From Calditrichia bacterium (GTDB taxonomy: Bacteria; Calditrichota; Calditrichia; RBG-13-44-9): a DNA stretch of 63,270 nt. Shown here piece after piece: positions 27,869 through 36,032 of the stretch. Within the stretch, counting starts at the first letter, position 1; each line of letters begins with the position of its first letter. Both the position numbers and the translations under genes were made by a program. A model generated the notes under the pieces. It was not told the origin of the DNA and made no database searches. It saw only the letters and a list, made by a program, of their open reading frames with translations. The stretch lies in NCBI GenBank assembly GCA_037381445.1, contig JARRQT010000004.1, forward strand, positions 1 to 63,270. The letters run 5' to 3'.

Positions 27869-28993
27869 ATGTTCGGAAAAAGCTTCAAACTTTTCAAGCT
27901 CTTTGGATTCGAAGTAAAGATTGACCTCAGCTGGATTATTCTTGCAGTGTTGATCACCTGGTCTTTGGCACAGGGATTGTTCCCATATTATTTCAGGAAT
28001 TTTTCAACTTTAACCTACTGGTGGATGGGTGTTGCAGGAGCCATAGGACTCTTTTTTTCCATCGTATTTCATGAATTTTCCCATTCCCTGGTCGCTCGTC
28101 ACTTTGGACTGCCCATGCGGGGGATCACCCTTTTCATTTTTGGCGGGGTGGCCGAGATGACCCGCGAACCGGACAGCGCCAAGTCCGAACTCTGGATGGC
28201 GATTGCCGGTCCCATGGCCAGTATTGTGATCGGGGTGGTTTTTTATTTGATCTCCATGGCCGGGAGTGGTTCTTTTGGTGGCCCGGTGGAAGGGGTGCTG
28301 AAGTACCTCGGCTTCATAAATCTGCTGCTGGCCGCTTTTAACTTGATTCCGGCTTTCCCGCTGGACGGGGGCCGGGTGCTCCGCTCGGCTTTGTGGGCCT
28401 GGAAGAAAAATTTGCAGTGGGCCACCCGCATTTCTTCCCGTATCGGTTCCGGATTTGGCATTCTCCTGATCCTTCTTGGTGTTTTCAGCTTCATCAACGG
28501 AAATTTTATCGGAGGCGTATGGTGGTTCCTCATTGGCATGTTCCTGCGGGGAGCCTCCCAGCAGTCTTACCAGCAGCTTCTGATGCAGAAGCAGCTGGAA
28601 GGAGAAAAGGTGGATCGCTTCATGAAACGGGATCCGGTAACAGTCCCGCCCACCATGACGATTGAGGAACTGGTTGACCATTACGTTTATAAATTCCATT
28701 ATAAAATGTATCCCGTCGTGCAGGGAGATCAGCTTATGGGATGCATTACGCTGCAGCAGATTAAGCATATTCACCGTGAAGAATGGACCAACCACACCGT
28801 GAGCGAATTTTCGGACCAGTGTTCGAAAGATAATACTATCAATATGCATGATGACGCGATCAGAGCATTATCCACAATGCGCCGGACCGGCAGCAGCCGA
28901 CTGATGGTTGTGGAAAATGGGAAATTGGTCGGTATCATCACCTTGAAGGATCTTCTGCATTTTGTGTCCATGAAGATGGGACTGGACCATTAG
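27869..28993 (+). CDS. Site-2 protease family (M50) metalloprotease with a C-terminal CBS pair
   Basis: The track ORF starts at GTG 27731. ATG 27869 (MFGKSFKLFKLFGFEVKIDLSW) is the family-typical N-terminus. Motifs: HEFSHSLVARHFG (HExxH), NLIPAFPLDGGR, then two CBS-like modules (MKRDPVTVPP...; LMVVENGKLVGIITLKDLL). Confidence 0.85.
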   Translation: MFGKSFKLFKLFGFEVKIDLSWIILAVLITWSLAQGLFPYYFRNFSTLTYWWMGVAGAIGLFFSIVFHEFSHSLVARHFGLPMRGITLFIFGGVAEMTREPDSAKSELWMAIAGPMASIVIGVVFYLISMAGSGSFGGPVEGVLKYLGFINLLLAAFNLIPAFPLDGGRVLRSALWAWKKNLQWATRISSRIGSGFGILLILLGVFSFINGNFIGGVWWFLIGMFLRGASQQSYQQLLMQKQLEGEKVDRFMKRDPVTVPPTMTIEELVDHYVYKFHYKMYPVVQGDQLMGCITLQQIKHIHREEWTNHTVSEFSDQCSKDNTINMHDDAIRALSTMRRTGSSRLMVVENGKLVGIITLKDLLHFVSMKMGLDH

Positions 28994-29086
28994 CCTGCCC
29001 GGAGGGAAATCAGGGATAGAAACGGGATTACTTTCGGAATTAGTGAAAACGGATTTGCAATCTGATTTGATAAGGGGGGGAATGAT

Positions 29087-30814
29087 ATGAAAATCGGGGC
29101 GAATTATTTAGGCCGCGGAAATTGCGAATTCATTGTCTGGGCGCCGTTTCGCGAAAGCATGGAAGCAATTCTCGTGTCCCCATCTTCACGGGAAATCAGG
29201 ATGGAGAAGGATGATAAGGGCTACTGGCGGGCCCGGGTTGAAGATGTGGAACCGGGGACCTTCTATTATTTCAGGATACAGGACGGTCGCGAACGGCCTG
29301 ACCCGGCCTCCAATTTTCAACCCAAGGGGGTGCACGGTCCCTCCGGGATCGTCGATCACGCATCCTTTCCCTGGGATGATAAGGAGTGGAAGGGAATCGC
29401 GCTTGAAGAAATGATTATCTATGAACTGCATGTGGGCACCTTTACCCCCAAAGGAGATTTCGACTCCGTCATTCACCGGATACCCGATCTGAAAGAGCTG
29501 GGGATTAATACCATTGGGCTTATGCCGGTGGCTCAGTTCCCGGGGAAACGGAATTGGGGATATGACGGCACTTATCCGTTTGCGGTCCAAAATTCTTACG
29601 GCGGTCCCGACGAACTGAAAAAACTGGTCAACGCCTGCCACCAACAGGGCATGGCGGTGGCGCTGGATGTGGTTTACAATCACCTGGGACCGGAAGGAAA
29701 TTATTTTCGGGAATACGGCCCTTACTTTACCCGGAAATATAAAACGCCGTGGGGAGAGGCCGTTAATTTCGACGAAGAATACAGCGATGAGGTGCGCAAC
29801 TATTTCATTGAAAACGCGCTTTTCTGGTTTGAGCAGTATCATATCGACGCCCTGCGGCTGGATTCTGTGCACGCCATTTTTGATATGAGTGCCCAACGTC
29901 CCAGGGAAGAACATGGATACGGACTTGCCGCCCAGTGGTCCGATGATTTTCATCATTCCGTTCATACCCTGCTGACAAGTGAAAACGCAGGTTACTACGC
30001 CGATTTTGGGAAAATTTCCCATCTGGTTAAAGCACTGCAAAAGGGATTTGTTTATGATGGGCAATACTCAATTTACCGGAAACGTAGACACGGGAATTCT
30101 TCTGCTGACCGGCCGGCCAGGCAATTTGTCGTTTCCATCCAGACCCATGATCAGGTGGGAAACCGCATGCTGGGAGAACGGCTGACGCAGTTGGTCTCAT
30201 TTGAGGCACTGAAACTGGCGGCCGGCATCATGCTGTTATCGCCGTATGTACCCATGCTTTTTATGGGTGAAGAATACGGCGAAGAAGCGCCATTCCTTTA
30301 TTTCGTGAATCATGGCGATCCCGGTTTGGTGGAAGCGGTGAGAAAAGGTCGCAAGGAGGAATTTCAGTCATTTCGCTGGCAGAGAGAGCCGCCCGATCCG
30401 CAGAGCATCGAAACTTTTAAGGGCAGCAAATTAAATTGGGAACAAAGGGAAGAGGGCAAAGGCATGCTCCTTCTGGACCTGTACCGTGAGCTGATTCACC
30501 TGAGAAGAGAAATTCCTGCGCTCACACGGCTGAATAAAAATGATATGCAAGTTTCCGGAGACGAAAAATCAAAATTCGTTCTCATGCACCGCCAGGAAGC
30601 AGACAGCGAAATTCTGACTTTTTTCAACTTCAATCAGAGGGAAGTAAAAAAACAACAATCTATTCCAGGTGGCAGTTGGGAAAAAATACTGGATTCCGCG
30701 CATAAAAACTGGAATGGACCGGGGGACATCCTGCCGGAGTCGCTGCATGGTAAGCAGCAGCTCACTATGCCGCCACTCAGCTTTGGGCTCTATCTGAAGG
30801 AGAACGATCAATGA
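29087..30814 (+). CDS. treZ: Malto-oligosyltrehalose trehalohydrolase TreZ (GH13), with an apparent internal in-frame gap
   Basis: YELHVGTFTPKGDF, MPVAQFPGKRNWGYDG, VALDVVYNHLGPEGNY, KTPWGEAVNFD, IDALRLDSVHAI, AQWSDDFHHSVH, IQTHDQVGNR and LFMGEEYGE are colinear with Sulfolobus TreZ, except for the segment around the catalytic Glu (covered in findings). Confidence 0.85.
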   Translation: MKIGANYLGRGNCEFIVWAPFRESMEAILVSPSSREIRMEKDDKGYWRARVEDVEPGTFYYFRIQDGRERPDPASNFQPKGVHGPSGIVDHASFPWDDKEWKGIALEEMIIYELHVGTFTPKGDFDSVIHRIPDLKELGINTIGLMPVAQFPGKRNWGYDGTYPFAVQNSYGGPDELKKLVNACHQQGMAVALDVVYNHLGPEGNYFREYGPYFTRKYKTPWGEAVNFDEEYSDEVRNYFIENALFWFEQYHIDALRLDSVHAIFDMSAQRPREEHGYGLAAQWSDDFHHSVHTLLTSENAGYYADFGKISHLVKALQKGFVYDGQYSIYRKRRHGNSSADRPARQFVVSIQTHDQVGNRMLGERLTQLVSFEALKLAAGIMLLSPYVPMLFMGEEYGEEAPFLYFVNHGDPGLVEAVRKGRKEEFQSFRWQREPPDPQSIETFKGSKLNWEQREEGKGMLLLDLYRELIHLRREIPALTRLNKNDMQVSGDEKSKFVLMHRQEADSEILTFFNFNQREVKKQQSIPGGSWEKILDSAHKNWNGPGDILPESLHGKQQLTMPPLSFGLYLKENDQ

Positions 30815-33237
30815 AGAGATACATTTGCATACACGGACATTTCTACCAGCCCCCGCGGGAAAATGCCTGGCTGGAAGCGGTGGAGCTGCAGGATTCCGCC
30901 CACCCTTACCACGACTGGAATGAGCGGGTCACGGCGGAAGGCTACGCCCCGAATACCGCTTCCCGCATACTGGACGGAAATCGCCGGATTATCGACATTA
31001 TCAACAATTATTCGAAAATCAGTTTTAATGTTGGTCCCACCCTGTTATCATGGATGGAAAAAAATGAGCCGGACACCTATCAGTCCATTTTAAAAGCCGA
31101 TAAAATAAGCCGGAGGAATTTTTCCGGACATGGTTCGGCGCTTGCCCAGGTTTACAACCATATGATTATGCCGCTGGCCAACAGGCGGGACAAACGAACC
31201 CAGGTAATCTGGGGCATTCAGGATTTCCGGCACCGCTACGGCAGAGATCCCGAAGGCATGTGGCTGCCGGAAACCGCGGTAGATTTGGAGTCGCTGGAAG
31301 TCCTGGCGGAAAACGGAATAAAATTCACCATTCTCTCTCCTTACCAGGCGGCCAAGATCCGGGAAGCGGGGGAAAAGGAGTGGATGGATGTTTCGGGCGG
31401 AAAGATCGATCCCAAAATGCCCTATCTGTGCAATCTTCATTCCGGAAAATCCATTTCTCTCTTCTTTTATGACGGGCCCGTCTCCCAGGAAGTGGGATTC
31501 AGCGATTTACTGGATAACGGGGAAAATTTTGCCAACCGGCTGGCGGCAACGTTTGCCGAGAACGGGAATACCTCGCAGCTTGTGCATATTGCCACTGACG
31601 GGGAAACCTACGGGCACCATCGTCATCATGGCGACATGGCCCTGGCCTATTGCCTGTATCACATCGAATCCAATAATCTGGCGAAACTGACCGTATACGG
31701 TGAATATCTGGAAAAAAATCCGCCAACCCATGAAGTTCAGATTATTGAAAATACCTCGTGGAGCTGTATTCATGGCATTGAACGATGGAGAAGCAACTGC
31801 GGTTGCAACATGGGTACCAACAGCGAATGGACCCAGGAATGGCGTGCTCCCCTGCGCGAGGCTATGGATCAGGCCCGGGAACAATTGGCCGGGGTATTCG
31901 AAAAGGAAATGACGCCTTATTACGATGATCCTTGGAAAGCCCGCGATGACTATATCCGGGCGGTACTAGACCGGTCCGTTAAGAATGTGGAGCAGTTCCT
32001 GCAGGAACACAGCAAAAAAGAGCTATCACAGGAAGACAAGATCAGACTACTGCGACTGCTGGAACTGCAGCGTAATGCCATGCTCATGTATACCAGTTGC
32101 GGCTGGTTTTTTGATGAAATCTCCGGCATTGAAACTACCCAGGTTATGCAGTATACAGCGCGGGCCATGCAGCTTTGCAGGGAATTGACCGGGAATTCTC
32201 CGGAGGAACATTTTATCGAAATACTGGAAGATGCCCCCAGTAATATACCTGATTATAAAAACGGCGCAGACGTCTACAAAATATGGGTGAAGCCATCGGA
32301 GATCGATCTTCTTCGTGTGGGCGCCCATTACGCTGTGTCATCCGTTTTCACGGAACATCCCGAAAAAACCCAGATCTACAGTTACCAGGCCAAAGCCGAG
32401 GCGCATGAACGGGTTGAAGCGGGGAAAATAAAACTGGCGGTCGGCAGGGCTCACATCCGTTCCGATATCACCTGGAATGAGTCCGATGTCAGTTTTATTG
32501 TGCTGCACCTGGGCGGCCACATCATAAATGGCGGGGTGCGGGAATTTATGGGCAAGGAACCTTTCATGACCATGGCCGATAGGGTTAAGGAAGTATTCTG
32601 GAAAAGCGATGTGGCTGAAATAATCCACTTGCTGGACGAGAACTTCGGAACCCATAACTATTCACTGTGGCATCTGTTCAAGGATGAGCAGCGCAAGGTT
32701 TTCGAGCAGATCCTGGAATCCACCTACAGAGAAGTTGAAGTGTATTACCGTCAAATCTATGAATCCGATTACGCGCTGATGCAGACCATGCAGCAGATGC
32801 GCATTCCTTTCCCGAAGGCCCTTCTCACCCCGGTAAGCTTCATTTTGAACAAGGATTTGCATGACTGTCTGTCGGAAGAGGAAATTAACCTGTATAAACT
32901 GCACAAGCTGACCGATGAATTCAAAAAGTGGAAAATCGGGCCCGACAAGGAAAATATCAGTTTTATTGCCAGCAGCCGGATTGTCGGATTAATGGAGAAA
33001 TATTTCCGGCAATCCGATAGCCCTGAACTGGCTGAAAAGCTGCAGAAGGTACTTGAGCTGCTGTGCGGCCTGTCCATCGATCTGAACATCTGGAAAGCGC
33101 AGAATATCTATTTTAATATGAAGAAGAAGAAATATGACGCAGTACGAAAGAAGGCCGGACAGGGCGATAAGCGGGCAAAGGAGTGGATCGAACATTTTAA
33201 CAATATTGGTAAAATACTGGATGTGAAGGTCGACTGA
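30811..33237 (+). CDS. GH57 family alpha-glucan-active enzyme with a DUF3536-type C-terminal domain
   Basis: The start overlaps the treZ stop (ATGA). CIHGHFYQPPRENAW, MWLPETAV (nucleophile Glu) and HIATDGETYGHH (acid/base Asp) are GH57 motifs. The long helical C-terminus is typical of the 800-aa GH57/DUF3536 group. Confidence 0.85.
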   Translation: MKRYICIHGHFYQPPRENAWLEAVELQDSAHPYHDWNERVTAEGYAPNTASRILDGNRRIIDIINNYSKISFNVGPTLLSWMEKNEPDTYQSILKADKISRRNFSGHGSALAQVYNHMIMPLANRRDKRTQVIWGIQDFRHRYGRDPEGMWLPETAVDLESLEVLAENGIKFTILSPYQAAKIREAGEKEWMDVSGGKIDPKMPYLCNLHSGKSISLFFYDGPVSQEVGFSDLLDNGENFANRLAATFAENGNTSQLVHIATDGETYGHHRHHGDMALAYCLYHIESNNLAKLTVYGEYLEKNPPTHEVQIIENTSWSCIHGIERWRSNCGCNMGTNSEWTQEWRAPLREAMDQAREQLAGVFEKEMTPYYDDPWKARDDYIRAVLDRSVKNVEQFLQEHSKKELSQEDKIRLLRLLELQRNAMLMYTSCGWFFDEISGIETTQVMQYTARAMQLCRELTGNSPEEHFIEILEDAPSNIPDYKNGADVYKIWVKPSEIDLLRVGAHYAVSSVFTEHPEKTQIYSYQAKAEAHERVEAGKIKLAVGRAHIRSDITWNESDVSFIVLHLGGHIINGGVREFMGKEPFMTMADRVKEVFWKSDVAEIIHLLDENFGTHNYSLWHLFKDEQRKVFEQILESTYREVEVYYRQIYESDYALMQTMQQMRIPFPKALLTPVSFILNKDLHDCLSEEEINLYKLHKLTDEFKKWKIGPDKENISFIASSRIVGLMEKYFRQSDSPELAEKLQKVLELLCGLSIDLNIWKAQNIYFNMKKKKYDAVRKKAGQGDKRAKEWIEHFNNIGKILDVKVD

Positions 33238-36032
33238 TGCATATCCCCCTTGCCACTTACCGAATTCAGTTTAATCCGGATTTCGGATTTTCCGCTGCCC
33301 GCAATATTGTTTCCTATCTGTCCGGGTTGGGGATATCGGACCTCTATGCCTCTCCCATTTTTAAGGCCCGCCAGGGGAGCACTCATGGATATGATGTGGT
33401 GGATACCAATCAAGTGAATCCCGAACTGGGAAGCGGCGAGGATTTTGATTCCCTGATCCGCGAACTGCGAAATCATAAAATGGGCTGGATACAGGATATT
33501 GTTCCGAATCATATGGCCTTCGATTCAGAAAATTTCCTTCTGATGGATGTGCTGGAAAACGGCCCGGAATCGGAATATTTCGAGTTTTTTGACATAGACT
33601 GGGACTATCCCTATGAAAGGGTCAGGGGAAAGGTGTTGGCTCCTTTCCTGGGAAAGTTTTATGGCGAGTGCCTGGAAAGCGGTGAATTGAAATTGAGTTT
33701 TTCTGCGGATGGCCTGTCCGTGAACTATTTTGACTGGCGCTTTCCCCTGCGGCTTGATTCCTACGGCAAATTCTTCACTCGTAATCTGGCCCAGCTGAGA
33801 GGAAAACTGGGCAGCAACCAGCCTGAATATGTGAAGATGCTGGGGATACTTTATTCGCTGAAGAACCTGCCTTCGAAATCCGAACTGCCCGAACGCTATG
33901 AGCAGATAAAGTTTATCAAGTCCATGCTGTGGGAATTATATTCCACGAATCAGGAAATCAAAGCGTTTGTTGATGAAAACCTCGCCCTCTTTAATGGAAA
34001 AGCCGGCGAGCCGGAAAGTTTTAATCTGCTGGAAGACCTGCTCTCTGATCAATATTTCCGGCTTGCCTTCTGGAAAGTGGGGACGGAAGAGATCAATTAC
34101 CGGCGTTTTTTTACGGTTAATGAATTGATATCGGTAAACATGGATGAGGAGAAGGTCTTTCGGCACTCCAATTCTCTCATTTTCCGTCTGGTGCATGAAA
34201 ACCTGATACACGGTCTGCGGATCGACCATGTGGACGGTTTGTACTATCCTATGCGATATCTGAAAAGACTGCGGGACAACCTGGGGAATATCTACCTGGT
34301 GGTTGAAAAGATACTGAAATTCAGCGAAGACCTGCCTGCTTTCTGGCCCATTCAGGGAACAACCGGGTACGATTTCCTCAATTGCGTGAACGGAATTTTT
34401 TGCAGACGGCACAATGAAATACGATTCGATAAGATTTACTACAAATTCACCGATTTCCGGGGAACCCGCTCCGCCCTCGTTCATGAAAAGAAGCGGCTGA
34501 TTATCGGGAAGCACATGGCGGGGGATGTGGACAATCTTGCCCGGATTTTCGCCAAAATATCGGGCCGACACCGCTATGGAAGCGATTTTACCTTGTATGG
34601 TCTGAAGCGGGCGCTGGTGGAGATCCTGTCCTGGTTCCCCATCTATCGCACCTACATCAATCCTCAAATATCCCGCCGCGGAGATAACAATTATATTCAG
34701 GAGGCCGCGGATAAGGCCAAAAAGGAATTGCCGGATTTTACCCGTGAACTCGATTTTATAAAAAAAGCACTCCTGATGGATTTCGGCGAAAATATCAATG
34801 AACAGGAAAGAACGAACTGGTATTTATTTATCATGCGGTTCCAGCAGATCACCGGTTCCCTAATGGCCAAGGGATTTGAAGACACCGTGCTCTATATTTA
34901 CAATCGCCTGCTTTCCCTGAATGAAGTGGGCGGGGAGCCAGATAAATTCGGCATCTCTGACATTGAATTCCATTATTTCAATAAGAGGAAGGTCGAGCAG
35001 TGGCCCCATTCCATGAATGCCACTTCCACACATGATACCAAACGCAGCGAAGATGTGCGGGCGAGAATAAATGTGCTGTCGGAAATCCCCATCGAGTGGG
35101 AGAGGAATGTGCAGCAATGGAGCAGGATCAACCGCCGCAAAAAGCAGAAAAGCAATGGCCTCGCGGTCCCGGACAAGAATGATGAATACTTTCTTTATCA
35201 AACACTTATCGGCACTTTTCCGTTCAATAAGGAAAACTACGGAGCGTATACTCAGCGAATCCGCGATTATATTATAAAATCGGTTCGGGAAGCCAAAGTG
35301 CATACCGGATGGCTTAAACCGGATTTGGAATATGAAGAAGCTTTTATTAAATTTGTTGATTCTGTTCTGGAAGATTCGGAAGAGAATGATTTTTTAAACG
35401 AGTTCCAGAATGTCCGGCGCAAGACGGCGGTATTCGGGATTTATAATTCTCTGGCCCAGATACTGGTGAAAATTACCGTTCCCGGTGTGCCGGATTTTTA
35501 CCAGGGGTCCGAACTGTGGGATTTCAGCCTGGTGGACCCCGATAATCGCCGGCCGGTGGATTTTGAAAAAAGAAAGAATCTTCTGCGGGAAATTAAGACG
35601 AAAGAGGAGCAGAATATTCTTTCTCTCCTGCAGGAGCTTTTCGATAATAAAGAGGACGGCCGGATCAAGCTGTTTTTAATCTATCGGCTGCTGAAGGCCA
35701 GATATCGGGAAGCGGAGGTTTTCCAGAACGGCAGCTATGTGCCGCTTGAAACTGGGGGCAAGCACAAACATCAAATAATCGGTTTTGCGCGAAATTACCG
35801 GAAAAAATGGATAATAGCTATTGCGACCCGGTTTTTGACCGAAATTGTAAGCGAAGATGAGTATCCGCTCGGCATGGATGTGTGGGGCGACACCTGGGTG
35901 CAGACTCCGGCGGAGATTCCCATATGGGAAAACGCGATCACGTCGCAGAAAGTAGAGGGAAAACGGGAATTGAAAATCGGCACAATTCTTCAGCACTTTC
36001 CCGAGGGCTTTTTAACAGGAGAAGAAAGATGA
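33237..36032 (+). CDS. treY: Malto-oligosyltrehalose synthase TreY (GH13)
   Basis: The start overlaps the GH57 stop by 1 nt. ATYRIQFNPDFGFSAA, LGISDLYASPIFKARQGSTHGYD, DIVPNHMA, GLRIDHVDGL, LVVEKIL and TSTHDTKRSEDVRARI are TreY hallmarks. Confidence 0.9.
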   Translation: MHIPLATYRIQFNPDFGFSAARNIVSYLSGLGISDLYASPIFKARQGSTHGYDVVDTNQVNPELGSGEDFDSLIRELRNHKMGWIQDIVPNHMAFDSENFLLMDVLENGPESEYFEFFDIDWDYPYERVRGKVLAPFLGKFYGECLESGELKLSFSADGLSVNYFDWRFPLRLDSYGKFFTRNLAQLRGKLGSNQPEYVKMLGILYSLKNLPSKSELPERYEQIKFIKSMLWELYSTNQEIKAFVDENLALFNGKAGEPESFNLLEDLLSDQYFRLAFWKVGTEEINYRRFFTVNELISVNMDEEKVFRHSNSLIFRLVHENLIHGLRIDHVDGLYYPMRYLKRLRDNLGNIYLVVEKILKFSEDLPAFWPIQGTTGYDFLNCVNGIFCRRHNEIRFDKIYYKFTDFRGTRSALVHEKKRLIIGKHMAGDVDNLARIFAKISGRHRYGSDFTLYGLKRALVEILSWFPIYRTYINPQISRRGDNNYIQEAADKAKKELPDFTRELDFIKKALLMDFGENINEQERTNWYLFIMRFQQITGSLMAKGFEDTVLYIYNRLLSLNEVGGEPDKFGISDIEFHYFNKRKVEQWPHSMNATSTHDTKRSEDVRARINVLSEIPIEWERNVQQWSRINRRKKQKSNGLAVPDKNDEYFLYQTLIGTFPFNKENYGAYTQRIRDYIIKSVREAKVHTGWLKPDLEYEEAFIKFVDSVLEDSEENDFLNEFQNVRRKTAVFGIYNSLAQILVKITVPGVPDFYQGSELWDFSLVDPDNRRPVDFEKRKNLLREIKTKEEQNILSLLQELFDNKEDGRIKLFLIYRLLKARYREAEVFQNGSYVPLETGGKHKHQIIGFARNYRKKWIIAIATRFLTEIVSEDEYPLGMDVWGDTWVQTPAEIPIWENAITSQKVEGKRELKIGTILQHFPEGFLTGEER

